Part shown: positions 49,900 to 63,599 of the stretch, piece after piece
How positions within the stretch are numbered: the stretch's first letter is position 1
Layout: each line of letters opens with the position of its first letter
From: Salpingoeca rosetta
Taxonomy: Eukaryota > Protista > Choanoflagellata
Reading direction: 5' to 3'
DNA: 64,000 nucleotides
NCBI GenBank assembly: GCA_033442325.1
Contig: JAWQFM010000005.1
Location: 794,165 to 858,164, forward strand
Translations under genes and position numbers: made by a program
The notes under the pieces: generated by a model
The model's input: only the letters and a program-made list of their open reading frames with translations
Told to the model about the DNA's origin: nothing
Database searches by the model: none

Positions 49900-51021
49900 A
49901 TGGTGAGTGCGTGTGGTGGAGATGTGTGTTGGTGGTGATGAGAGAGGGACATGACGATGACAACAATGAGGACAGTGGGAGGGGGCGAGGGGGGCACTGG
50001 ACAGGAAGGGAACGGCAGGAAAGGACGCAGTGCACCTGGCTGCTGTCCCTTTTGTCTGTTGGCTTGTGCTTGTGCTTGTGTTGTGTCCCCAAAGCACACA
50101 ACATTCACCCCATTCACAACACAATCACATTCACTCATACAAGCACACACTCGCACATATGTTTTCACGCACACGTTCACGCACACTCATACACACACAC
50201 ACACTCGCACATATGTTTTCACGCACACGTTCACCCACACTCATACACACACATACGCATACACACACACACATTCATCCCTTTTTGATTTGTGCACAGG
50301 CATCACAACCAGGAGCTGCACCAGATGCAGCCCAACAGCAGCCACCACCACCTTCAACACAAGCACCACCACCACCAGCAGCAGTAGCATCATCTTCATC
50401 ACAACACCCGCCAGTGCCGCCCATGTCACAGCGGCCGCCGTTCCCGCCCCCGCCAGGTGCAGGTTTCCCTGGGTTTCCTCCACAGCCGCCGCCGTTTGGC
50501 GCGCCGCCACCGTTTCCACCACAGGGTGCGCCGTACGGCATGCCGCCACAGCCGCCCGGGATGCCGCCTGCTCCCGCGACAGATGCAGCCCAGCAACAGC
50601 AGGAGCAAGCAGCACAGGCAGACGGTGTGAAGCAGGAAGAGACCGGGGAAACTGGCAGCGCACAAGCGGGAGAGAACGGCACAGCGGGGACAGCACAGCC
50701 AACGGCAAATGGAGAACAGCAGGCAGCAACAAAGCAAGAGGAACAGGACACAACACAGGCAGCTGCGCAAGGAGCAGAGGCAGGGGAAAATGACACGGAC
50801 CTGTTGCCGGAGAACAACACCATCTACATTAACAACTTGAACGAGAAGGTCAAGGAAGATGAGCTGAAGAAGGCGCTCACCGCCGTCTTCAAGCAGTTTG
50901 GCAAGGTTGGTCAGTGGCATGTGTGTGTGGCCTGTTGTTTGTTCGTGTATGTGTGTGTGTGCGTGTGTGTGTGTGTGTACTGTTGTTTGTTCGTGTATGT
51001 GTGTGAACGCGCGCGCGTGTT

Positions 51022-51072
<51 letters not shown>

Positions 51073-51727
51073 ACTCTTTTTTGCGGTCGCTTGGTTGTGT
51101 GAGTGACTGTCCGTTTTTGGAGGCGATGCTGTGATCGGCGCTTCGTTCAGACATTGTTGCCGTGACACGTCTTCTTCTTGCCTGTTATCATGTTGTAGAT
51201 CCTGCAAATTGTGGCGATGAAGTCGTACTATCGTCGCGGACAGGCGTTTGTGGTGTTTGATTCTGTCGACAGCGCCAAGGCCGCCATCTCCGCCATGCAG
51301 GGCTTTCCCTTTGTTGGAAAACCAATGGTATGTGTGTGTTTGTGTGTGTTGTGTGTGTTGTGTGTGTGTGTGTGTGTGTGTTGTGTGTGTGTGTGTGTGT
51401 TTACGCATGTATGCCTTGATTTGAATGCCTCGTGGTGTTTGGTTTGCCTTCACGTCACGCCAACACCACCATCCCTCACCATACCCTCATCATCACCAAT
51501 TTACACTCCCCTCCTCCTCCTCCTCCTCCTCGTTGTCGTGTCGGTGCCAGCGCATCAACTTTGCCAAGACCAAGTCGGATGTGATTGCAAAACGGGACGG
51601 CACCTTCAAGCCGCGCGAGAAGAAGCCCCTCCCGCCAAAGCCTGAGCAGAAGAAAGGTCGGCTGTTCTGTGTGGAGTTGGAGCACTTGTGATCTGAGGAT
51701 GTGAGACACACACACACACACACACAC

Positions 51728-51784
<57 letters not shown>

Positions 51785-52834
51785 TTCCGTGTACTGTCCT
51801 CGGCAGCCGCAAAGTGTCACTCACAACGTCAACCGATAATTTACACGCGCTCGTGCACATGCAGTGGAGTCGGACGAGGAGGAGTCTGAGGATGAGGAGG
51901 AGCACGGTGCACAGCCCCACAAGCGGGCGAAAATGGATGAGCAGCCTGCAGCAGCGCCCCAGCAACCGCCGGCGCAGCAGCAGCAGCAGCCACCAGCAGG
52001 CCCGCCAGGGTACCCGCCACAGCCGTATGCAGCACAGCCGCCAGCATATGGGCAGCAGCAGCAACAGCCGCCGCCACCGGGAGCGCCGCCATCGTATCCG
52101 CCATATGGGCAGTACGGACGCCCGCCCGCGCCCCCGCCACCGGGCATGGTGCGCTGCTTGAGAGGGGGGGGGGACGTGGCTGTGCGGGGAGTTGTGGAAG
52201 GGTAGATAGGGAGAAGCAGAGTTGGTTCGGGGAGTGTGGTTGTGTGTCCTCTTCTGTTTTGCCTCAACGACTTGCTTGGCTGTGGCATCCTTTCGCCTGC
52301 GCTTGCCCTTGACACACAAACTGGGCCCTCACGTCATGCTTGCTTCGTCTTTCCCCGTGCCCTGGTTCGCGTGCCCTCTGCTCCTTTCGTGCAACGAATT
52401 GCCATGACAACAGCCGCCGGCTGCGCCGCAAGGTACGGCTGCTGTGTGCATTCTGTTTGTTTGTTTGTTTGCATGCGTCATGCGTGCAGCTTCTGTAACT
52501 TTGCCACATCCACGCACGCACACGCAAACACATGCATGTGCAAGCGGTATATTGCTCACGTGTTGAACGTCAATTGCTGTGGTTATGTTGTATGTACTGC
52601 TCCATGTGGTGTTGTTGCTTTGCACAACAGTGGAGGAGCCCAACGCCATTCTCTTTGTGCAGAACATCCCTGCAGGCACCACCGCAGAACGCATCACAGT
52701 ACGTCATCGCTTTTTGTTTGTGTGATGTGCTTGTGTGCATGTGTGTGTGCATGCGTGTGCGTGCGTGCATGAGCAATTGTACCATATGCAGTCGAACGTG
52801 GGCAATGCGCGCGTGTGACGCCTGCGGCACTCTC

Positions 52835-52923
<89 letters not shown>

Positions 52924-53368
52924 CACATGCACACACACACGCACGTACACACATGTGTCCGCTCCATGGTGTGCAGAACCTGTTCAAGCAGTTTGCAGGG
53001 TTCAAGGAGGTGCGAACAGTCCCGTCCAGGCCCGACATTGCCTTTGTCGAGTACGACAACCCCATGCAGGTCAGAACGCGTGTTGACGATTGTGTGCATG
53101 CGGCATGAGTACATGCTCGTCACCGTCCACTTGTCCACACGACATCACACCCACAATCCCCCGCCCATCAATGCATTTCACATGGCCCTTATCTTATCTC
53201 ACCTCACCTCGTCTCTTCTCTTGTCATCTCACGTGATCCCCCCCCCCTCTTTTACCCTCCTCTGCTTTTGTTGCTTGCAATGGCCAGAGCGGATATGCCA
53301 AGGTGCAGCTGCACCAGCACGAGATTGCGCCTGGGTCCAAGATCACAGTGGCTTTTGCCAAGAAATAG
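49900..53368 (+). CDS. SNRPA: U1A/U2B''/SNF two-RRM spliceosomal protein with a P/Q-rich N-terminal extension
   Basis: ATG-only exon 49900-49902; [49 protein letters not shown]; RRM2 [38 protein letters not shown]1A versus U2B'' is not resolved. Confidence 0.88.
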
Positions 53369-53371
53369 TGT

Positions 53372-53428
<57 letters not shown>

Positions 53429-54597
53429 CCGTGTGTGTGTGCGTCCGTGTGTGTGTGTCCGTGTGCGTTGGTGTGGAATAGTGGACATGCCTCTCTGCAC
53501 CTGATACAACAGGAGGAGGAGGCGAAACACAAATTGTTGTTGTTGTTGTTGTTTACTGTTGCTGAGCCGGTGGTTATCACGACTTGAAAGCTGGATGTGT
53601 GGACGGAAGCGAACAAGAAACCATTCATTCCACCTGCCTTACGCATCGACAAACAAAAAAAAAGCGGCTGCTCCTTTCACAACACGGGACACTGCACACC
53701 AAAGGACACTCCAAACACCACAAAACCACCTCCAACAGCAGCAAGCGGCATAGCATGCGCGCAGGAGCAAGCACAGCGGAAACAGCAGTGCAGCCCTCAA
53801 CAGGCACATCAGCAGCAGCAGCAGCAACGAGCCACAAAACAAAGCAAGAAGCAGCCACAAAGCGCAAAATCAAGCAAGTGTTTCGAACCAAACGCGTTTA
53901 GGTGCGCGAATCCGCACATTTGCTGGCATTTTTCGGGTGGCGAAGGGAGAGCGATGGTGGGCGATGTGGTGCGCTGGCCAACAACGTGCGTTGCTCGGCG
54001 ATGCCTGGAATGCTGCGAATGCGATGTTGCTTGTCTGGCAGCGATGGCAGTGTTCGCCTCACGACGGGCGCGAGTGCTTTGCGTGCCAACACCGACGCAA
54101 ACCCTTCATCACTGCCATCAGCGGTTCACGCAAGCGGCGTTGTTCGTGTGCGTCTTGCTTCATCCTCCACACGAAACCAAACCACACCACACCACACCAT
54201 CCATCATCATCGTGGGTGGCGGCGTCCTTTCCTTCCATCCAACCCATCAACACGCATCCATCCCTTCTTGCATCCACCCACATTCTCCCTCACCATCATC
54301 ACCCCACACATCCATCCAGCCACCACCACATCCACGACCCACGACCCTTGGCTGTCGCCACCACCATCACCGCCACGCTTCCTTCCATTTACCACCGTCC
54401 GCAACCTTTCCGTCTCTTCTTCGTGCATTTGCTGTTGTACTCCCGAACACGAGTGGAGCTCAACACCTGCTGCGCGCACGATAGGCAACCAACCAACACA
54501 AGCACAACAACACAAAGACACGCTCGCGCGCGTTTCACGCACAACCAATCGCCCACATTAAGCAAACACAGCTGCACCCACCACAACAGCACCGGCG

Positions 54598-54712
54598 ATG
54601 GCGAGGTTACGTCTCGTGGCGCTGGCATTTGCACTGCTCCTGGTGCTGACTGCATCCGCAGCGACGGCAAAGACGGTCACCATCTACCCAGCTCGCGATG
54701 GCACCCTCATAG

Positions 54713-54786
<74 letters not shown>

Positions 54787-54799
54787 ATGTCTGTCTGTC

Positions 54800-54869
<70 letters not shown>

Positions 54870-55369
54870 CGGCTTTACATGAGCGTTTGCGCTTGCACAC
54901 TGACACATGCACACAGAGCCAGCACCTTTCAACTCATCCACGACATCATCTCGTGCACAACATTGTGGCAGCCTGCTGGCGAGGAAACCAATGCTGCTGG
55001 GCTCTCCGACGGCATCTACTCTGGTACATCATGTGCAAGACAACATCCGTGCACCTTGCCCCACTTATGCTCGATGCGCTCCCAATCTGTACACTCCCAC
55101 ACACACACACACTCACTCACTCACTCACACACTCACACACACGCGCGCGCATAGGTGTCCTTGCTGAGGGAAGGCGCATGCGCGCTGCGCTGTGGTTCGA
55201 CATTGATCGTGAGATCCCCGAAGGGTCCACGATCAACAGCGCATCCGTGTTCCTGTTCCTGCAGAAGGTGAAACTGCCCCTGCCAAAGGACTACACGCTG
55301 CATCGCCTCCTGGGCGAGTTTGGGGAAGGCACTGCTTCCTTCAACGGCGGCAAGGGCGCGCCAGGTGTG

Positions 55370-55433
<64 letters not shown>

Positions 55434-56002
55434 GTGGTCTGAATGTATGCACCCTTGTGTACGTGTGCTCTGTTCTGGGCTTCTGCTGGGCGCTTTGCGG
55501 GCGCCTCAATGTCTCAACTGCAGCTCACCACTGTCATGTCCCCCTTCCCCACCACATGCACATACACCCATCTTCCACACAACAGCGACAATGTACGATG
55601 TGACGTGGAACCACGCCATGTACCCTTTCAAGGCGTGGACAACACCAGGCGGTGACTTTGTTGCAAACCCGAGCGCAACCACCGCCGTCTCCTTCGCTCA
55701 GGTTCGCCATTGAGTGCACTGCGCTCCTGTATGCGTGTACATGGCGGAACGGCGTGCCTGCAGGATGGACCAATCACCTGTCGACATCACTTTTCGTCTA
55801 CGTGTATGCTCACTCTGCCACTGCGCTCACTGTGCTGCACCGTTGCGTGCGTGCTGCCACCAACAGATGGAGTACGAGTGGGCGGGCCTCGAAGCTGACG
55901 TGCAGTTCTGGGCCGACCACCCCTCGGAAGACTTTGGATTCATCCTCATCGGTGCGTTGTCAGAACAGCAGCCGCAGCCCACCACATGTCTCGCATGTCG
56001 CG

Positions 56003-56069
<67 letters not shown>

Positions 56070-56169
56070 NNNNNNNNNNNNNNNNNNNNNNNNNNNNNNN
56101 NNNNNNNNNNNNNNNNNNNNNNNNNNNNNNNNNNNNNNNNNNNNNNNNNNNNNNNNNNNNNNNNNNNNN

Positions 56170-56246
<77 letters not shown>

Positions 56247-56469
56247 CTGCAGGTGATGAGCAGTGCGGCGACTTCTGCAATCCAAGCGCACGCCGGTTCG
56301 TCTCCAAAGACTTGTCGGACGAAGAGAACCACTGGCCGCGTCTGGTTGTGGACTTTACGCCCCCCAACACTGACTATGCCGCTTGCTGCACCACCGAAGG
56401 AAACTGCAGACTTAGTGCGTTCAAGGCTCTATGTGTCTATTGCGTGGTTGTGACCTGACGCGCGCGCGC

Positions 56470-56536
<67 letters not shown>

Positions 56537-59500
56537 CGTGTGTTGCTGCAAACGCAAACGCGTGTGCGTGTTGCGCTGTTCCTCTGTACATGTGCGTGTG
56601 CAAACTGGGTCACATAACGCTGCTGCTGCACCATTTCAACTCGCTCTTCTCACACGTGTTGCTCTGTATTCACGTCACTTGCAGCGACACCGGACGGGTG
56701 CACCGCCATCAAGGGCAAGTACAACGCAGGCACGTTGTCATGCATGGGCGTGCAATGCTCCGTGGAGTGCACACCAGAGGAGATTGCCATTGGCGCGTGC
56801 CAGCTCGGCGCCTGCTGCACGGAGGACCTGCAGTGCGTCATCACCACTGAGACGCGCTGCAAGGGCGCATACAAGGGCCAGTACAACGGCGATGACACGT
56901 GAGCGCGCAGTGTGTTGGCTTTCGTGTGTTTGTGGTTGTGCGGTTGTCATGCATTCCGTGTTGTGATGTGCGGCAGGTTTGCAAGATTCTTCTGTGGACG
57001 TGGACGTTTGGCTTCCACAGCCTGTCTCACTGCCTGACACGTGCCTCTCAACATTGTTCCTCACTCAACTATCTGGCTACCCTTCACACCTTCCTTGGTC
57101 TGATTCAAACCCCTCCCCCTTCCCCCTGTTTTCTCATTTTTTGTTTTTGGTGTTTTGTTTCCCCACTCGCCAACTGTGCAGAACGTGCAACTCTGAATCG
57201 TGTGCACTTCGCCTGGAGCCGTTCGTGGACGCTCTACCCATCCCGCACGTGGCCCAGCCGTACGAGGGCCGCGCAGGTGGCAAGGCAAAGTACATATTCA
57301 CCATCGATGAAATCCAACAGGTGTGTATCTGTGTAGCTGTCTTTGTCTGTGTGTGTCTGTGTATGTGTGTGTATCTGTGTATGTGTATCTGTGTGTGTAT
57401 CTGTGTATCTGTGTATCTGTGTGTGTGCTTCCATATAAGCATCTTGCTGTCTCTCGACCTTCCACTGCCTTCTCACTGCGTTCCAACAACCTTCCAACTA
57501 CCTTCCAACTGCCTTCCCGCTTCCTGCTATCACGGTAGAAACTGCACCGCGACCTGCCGCCCACAACCCTGTGGGGATACAATGGCATGTTCCCTGGCCC
57601 CACACTGGAGGCCTGGACCAATGATCCAGTCACAGTCACGTGGGTGAACAACCTGCGCGACGAGAACGGTGTGCTGCGCACGTCCCACTACCTTGATGTG
57701 GACGAGTGCATTCATGGGCCATCTTTCAGCCAGAAGGTTCCCTTTGTCGTTCCACACTTGCACGGTGGCAAGGTAAGCACAACCCTCGCGTGCCATGGCT
57801 GTGTATTGCCAACCGCTACGCTGCACCCGCCACTCTTCTCGTTGACCAACGACAAATGCACACGCCCCTACCACCCATGTCGACATCACACACGCACTCA
57901 CGTCAACACGCACGCACATCTCCGCAGATGAAAGGGCGGTGGGATGGCCATCCTGACTTCCAGTTTCCACCCGGCGTCAACGACACGTATGTCTTTGACA
58001 ACGAGCAGCGTGCCAGCACACTCTGGTACCACGATCACGCCCTCGGTACGTTTGCATACGTTTTGTGCATCCAGGTGCTCTCGTGTTCACCTGAGGGTAT
58101 GCATGAGATGCGTTTGCTCACAACACGATCATTTGTCGCTAACATCGTTGTCGCGGCGGGTTTGCTTTGCTTTCACATGCACGTGCCCAAAGGCATCACG
58201 CGGTTGAATGTGTACATGGGCCTGGCGGGTCTCTACATTGTTCGTGACGAGTACGAGACAAAGCTGCAGCTTCCGTCCGGGAAATACGAAGGTGTGAGAA
58301 AAGGGAGATGCGTTTGTGTGCATTGGTGAACACTATAATTTGTGTATGTGTGTGCGTGTGTGTGTGTGTGTATGCGTGTGTATCTATGTGTGTGTGTGTG
58401 TGCTGATGTGAAATTGCAGCATGGTGTGGGTGTCTGTCTGGTGCTACATGCGCATATGTGCTCTGCACGCTTCTTCGGTGTTCAATGCCATCGCGTGCTT
58501 GTGTCACCTTACTCCACACTCGCCACGATTGCGACCTCTTTGTCACACTCACACTGCTTCGATTCACCACACGTTTCCCTCCAGTGCCCATTGTGATTAT
58601 GGATCGCCAGCTGAACCGCGACGGCACGCTGTACTACCCCTCGCTTTGGACTGGCGCCTTTACCGGTGACTTCCTTGTTGTCAACGGCAAAATCACGCCT
58701 TATCTTCGCGTCGAACGTCGCGCGGTAAGTGCTGCACTCTGCTTGCTGAACGCAGCTGCGCATGTGTTTGTGTACGCGTATGTGTATGTGTATGTGTATG
58801 TGTATGTTTGTGGTGTGTGGCGCTGTGCTGTGTTGTGCTGTGCTGTGGGTATTATTTCTTATCTCACGACATCGTTCGCTCCCCTCCCCCCCCCCCCCTT
58901 CTTTCCTTTGTCCCTGCCACCCTGCCTCCACTCTGCCTCCGCTTTCAGTACCGCTTCCGCATCCTCAATGGCTGCGGTACGCGTGCGCTTGAGCTGAAGA
59001 TGGGCAAGGGCAAATTCTGGGTCGTTGGCACCGAGCGGGGCCTTCGCAGGGTACGTTGATTGCTGCTGTTGTTAGTATTCATGTTTGTTTGTTTGTTTGT
59101 TTGTTTGTTTGTTTGTTTGTTTGTTTGTTTGTTTGTTTGTTTGTTTGTTTGTTTGCTTGTTTGTTTGCTTGTTTGTTTGTTTGTTTGTTTGTTTGTTTGT
59201 TTGTTTGTTTGTTTGTTTGTTTGTTTGTTTGTTTGTTTGTTTGTTTGTTTGTTTGTGTGTCTGTGGCGGGGATGCGTCTGCTACTATGCGCTCCTCAGTG
59301 CAGCCGCGACCTAAGCACTCTCAGGCGTGCTTTCTCTTTGCTTACATGCCCACCGCTACCCTGACTTCATTGTTATCGCACCAACAGAAACGCTGGAAGA
59401 CAACGCGCGTGCTCCTCGTTCCTGGCGAACGCATTGACGTCATCGTCGATTTCTCATCCGTGAGTGCACAAGCAGCGATGTACCTGCATTATTGAACTCG

Positions 59501-60068
59501 CAGCGGTGTGCTGGGGCAGCTCATCTGTGCCTTCTTCGCTGCCGTTGTCACTGAATTTGTTTTGTCATCTGCGCACCCGTACACTCACTTCTGCCTGCAC
59601 TGTCTCCTGCACTGTCTCCTGCATCACTTCATTTTGTGGCCCGTGTTCACAGCGCCGTGTTGCCGAGAAGATCCGCCTTGTGAACAAGTACCCCCGCAGC
59701 CACGCGCCAGGGTCCCCTCCGTTGTCTGAGGATGTGCTGGAGTTCCACGTGATTGAGAGCGAACCACAGCCCAAGTACAAGGTGCGTACACTTTGCACTG
59801 TACTTCGTGCAAGTGCACCATCTGCTGTTCATTCCCTGCACCTTTTCCCACGTGTACGCACGCCTTTATATTCATTCACACATGCATTCCCGCCAATGTA
59901 CCTTTCTTGCACGACAGCCGCCAAAAGCCCTGGACACGTCTGTGAAGCAGCTTCCAAGCAGCGCCAACATGGTCAAGCGCGAGTTTACCATGGGAGAGGT
60001 GCGTTGTCTTGCCCTGTGCACTGTGTGGCTATTGTGGCTTGTGACTTGTGCTCGCACAAGAGCATCTG

Positions 60069-60129
<61 letters not shown>

Positions 60130-60485
60130 GTACCACCATTCTTTCTCAAGTTCAAAACGTCAGACTCACCAGCACGTGTTTTGTTTGCTTGTTGTGTAAC
60201 TTGCCCTGTGCAATTCGGTGTAGATGCAAGAGGAAAAGTGCAGTGGGAAGGTGTACCGCATCAACGGGCTTGGATGGGATGATCTCACAGAGTTCCCACT
60301 TGTCGGGTCGCGAGAGGAGTGGACGTTTGTCAATCTGGACTCCACCCACCTCCATCCCATGCACATGCACTTGGTCGAATTTACTGTGCTGCGTCGCCAA
60401 CCCATCCAAGTCACTGGTGACGGCACGTACGAACTCGTGGGCGAGCCGTCGGGCCCACTCAAGGGGTGAGTTTGTTGCGTGTTGC

Positions 60486-60580
<95 letters not shown>

Positions 60581-61330
60581 AGTATGTATGTGTGTGTGTG
60601 CATGTGGGTTGTGCTTTGTGTCTGCTGGGCGCTCGGGGAGGTTAGCTATGTGTGTATGTTGCGCGCGTGCTCTTACATGTTTGGGTTTTGCCGCACATAT
60701 CGCAGGGATCTTGGCTGGAAGGACATGGTTGGTGTATTTCCACTTGAAGCCGTAACAGTCATTGTGCAGTTCCCAGACAAGGGCGGTGGACGTTTCCCAT
60801 ACCATTGCCACATTCTGGAGCACGAAGATCACGACATGATGCGACAGGTACACGAACAGCATACGCGTCATTCCTGCTGTGTGTATGTGTGTGTGTATGT
60901 GTTTGCAAGGCGCACATCTTGCTTCCGCGGCTGACGTGACGCGTCCCCCCCCCCAAGGGTTCGTTCCTAACGCCTGCTTGTCCGTCGGGTTTTGCGTTGC
61001 GGTCTTGCAGTTCCATTTGCAACAGCTTCATTGCAACAATAATGGCATGTGTGAGCCTGGCGAAGACTGCTACTCGTGCCCCTTTGACTGTGCCACCTCC
61101 TCCGGTGCGCGCTGTGGCAACGGCTTATGTGAGGCTGGCGATGGCGAAAACTGCGCCAACTGCCCAGATGACTGCGCGGGCGATGTTGGCGCCATTTGCT
61201 GCGGCTACGGTCCGATTGAGTTTGACGGGTACGAGGCTGGTATGACCACGATTGGGTGCTCGCACGACATCTGCACCGCGGATGGACACTTTTGCCGCGA
61301 CAAGCCACAGGTGCATATCTTTTGAGAGTC

Positions 61331-61380
<50 letters not shown>

Positions 61381-61718
61381 GGTGTGTGTGTGTGTCGGTG
61401 TGTGTGTGTCGGTGTGTGTGTGTGTGCAGGTCATTCGTGATGTTCTGTGGTCCTTGCGTCATGTTCAGAATGCTGGCTTCTTCTCCTCTCCTGTGTCTTG
61501 GCGATGCCTCCCTTGCCCACCCCCACAACCGCCAAACCTCTCTCACACGTGAACCCCCTTCCTTGACTGCTTGTTCCTCTTGCACATTGCCCTTTGTGCG
61601 AGTGCAGATACAGTCGTGCTGTGGCGATTCCTTGTGCACGGGAAACGAGGAGGAGACATGCGCACTCGATTGTGCGTTGACCCCTGCAGCCCCATCATGG
61701 CGCATGCCATCACTGTAG
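54598..61718 (+). CDS. Secreted CotA/bilirubin-oxidase-type multicopper oxidase with an N-terminal DNRLRE-like beta-sandwich and Cys-rich repeats (~20 exons)
   Basis: Signal peptide MARLRLVALAFALLLVLTASAATA; PFVDALPIP, LHRDLPPTTLWGYNG, HLHGG, LWYHDHALGITRLNVYMGLAG, HPMHMHLV, YHCHILEHEDHDMM; CC-motif repeats and CGNGLCEAGDGENCANCPDDC. Confidence 0.92.
56070..56169. other. Assembly gap (100 N) within an intronic CA repeat
   Basis: N run flanked by (CA)n on both sides. Confidence 0.99.
59083..59255 (+). repeat. (GTTT)n tetranucleotide microsatellite in an MCO intron
   Basis: About 40 tandem GTTT units. Confidence 0.95.
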
Positions 61719-62396
61719 ACAGCAGCGTAATTTAATATTGAAGGTGGTGGCTGTGTGGACTGACCGACGGTTGAACGCTTGAAGTCGTTGAGCAATCCCC
61801 TCTTTACCCAACTACACCACGCTCTATCACTATCATTGTGTCTGTGATGTTGAGATGATATGAACCATCCATATGATATCACAACTTTGGCGCACCGTTC
61901 TTTTAGCCTTTTGTTTGTACGATGTCACGCGCTTGTTTTGTTAATTCCTTGCTTCTGTCATTCGCACGTCTATTCGCCTCCGCCTGCTGTACATCTGCGC
62001 TGCCTGCGCTGCCTGCGCTGCCTGCAAACGGGTTGGTAACATCTGTTTCCTTTCCCAGCTTAGCTGCAAATGCAAATACACTCTTTATTGCCTTTCGTTC
62101 TTGCTCGCCTCTCGTGTCCTTATCTACCAACAATGAAATGGACAATCGACCGACTCCACTCACAGTCAAGAAACAAAGCCGCGTATAAGGACAGAACAGA
62201 GCAGATGCCGTTGACGTCGAAAGGAAAACGACCTTGTGGATGCATGCGTGTTCCCAGCTCTCACACGTACTCGCTGGTGCACGCTGACTCAGCCATCCAG
62301 TGCAGCAATGCAGCTGACAGTAGCTTGCTTGCTGGGTGGCTGAATTCTCTCCACATCAATAAAACAAACAAGTTCTGAACACATTTGAGTTGAGGC

Positions 62397-63599
62397 GTGT
62401 TTCTGGACGCCAACAGTGTTGTGACATGGGAACAAGAGGGAGCTGTATCTTGCCCACGAGGCTACAAACGGCCAGCACAACTTATTATGTTGGTTAGCGG
62501 TTGTGCTTAGAAGGCTTTGTTGTGTTGACTCACAACAAACAACCTGGAGACGAGCCTCAACTTCAAGCTGTCGTTCATGACGGCCATTGGACTGAGCCTG
62601 GTGGCCTGCCCCGTGGTCTCCGCGGGTGCCCTTGCGCACATGCGGACGCTGGCCACGGAGGACTACTGCGACAACGTGCTGCTGGAGTGGATGACAATGC
62701 TGGCGCTGCGCGACCACGTGCACGCACACGGCGACGACCCAGCACAGGTCCGGCTGCGGCGCATTGTGCCGCTCTTCCTCGGGAGCGCGTGGCTCAACAG
62801 CAACAGCACCAGCGCGAGCAGCGACAGCGGCAGCGGTCTCGCGGGGGAAGGCAGCACTGGCGATGGGGGCGGGGATTCCTTTGGCGCCATCCGCGATGTT
62901 GCGATGACGCTACCGGACGTCGTGAGCAAGGAGACGGCTGCGTCGCTGGACCAGTACTTTGCGCAAGTGCTGCACGCGCCGCCGCCCAGCAAGCACCGGA
63001 GTGTGCGGGAGGCCGTTCTGGCGCTGTTTGACATTGACGCCGTGGTTGGCGTTGGGACGCAGGGCGGCGGCGACAGCAGCCGGGCGGTGCAGCTGCGGTC
63101 GCACGCGGACACGGTGCGCAAGGTCGTGGCGAATGCGCGGGAGGAGCACGCCGAGAACGGCGGCGGCAGTGATGGTGGTGACGAGGATATTGATGGTCGT
63201 GGTCGTGGTCGTGGCAAGGCAGGAGGCAGCAGCCAGAGGGCAACCGGCGATGCGGAGCAAGCACCTCGTGGTGCGGCGGCGGCAAAGCAAGGGCAGCAGG
63301 GTGCACGCCACACATCCTCAGGCGGACCGCCACGCGGCTTTGCGATGAACCGTGACCTGGAGCAGTGGCTGGCGGAGCTGGATGTGTTGGAGGACGTGTA
63401 CGATGCGTTTGCGCAGCTTGGCATCAAGACGTTTGACATGCTTGAGCTGCTCGTTGAGGCGGGGGACGTGACGGCGGCGTCGCTGCAGGGGCAGGGTGTT
63501 GCGGTTGCGCCTGCGCGGCTGGTGGTGCAGCGGGCGAACCAGCGCCGCCGTGCTGCACGCGGCGCGGCACCAAAGCCAAGGGTCTGCATGCTGATCTAG
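62397..63599 (+). pseudogene. 5'-truncated inverted copy of the TIR-SAM-CaaX last exon of the Roco gene
   Basis: Near-identical to the reverse complement of 5687-6770. Homology starts abruptly at GTGTTTCTGGACGCCAACA; the insert carries in-frame stops; a residual 340-aa ORF runs 62577-63599. Confidence 0.8.
62417..62537. mobile_element. 121-bp solo-LTR-like (or MITE) insertion
   Basis: TGTTGTGA...TCACAACA termini. Flanks AACAG/AACAA correspond to the single AACAA of the empty site in the intact gene (5-bp TSD, 1 mismatch). Confidence 0.75.

Noticed and set aside
53597-54597. Long overlapping ORFs upstream of the oxidase
   Set aside because: Low-complexity, motif-free translations of intergenic/5' DNA.
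62577-63599. Independent intact gene
   Set aside because: It starts inside the TIR fold, upstream exons are absent and the insert carries stops; treated as a fragment, though expression is not excluded.
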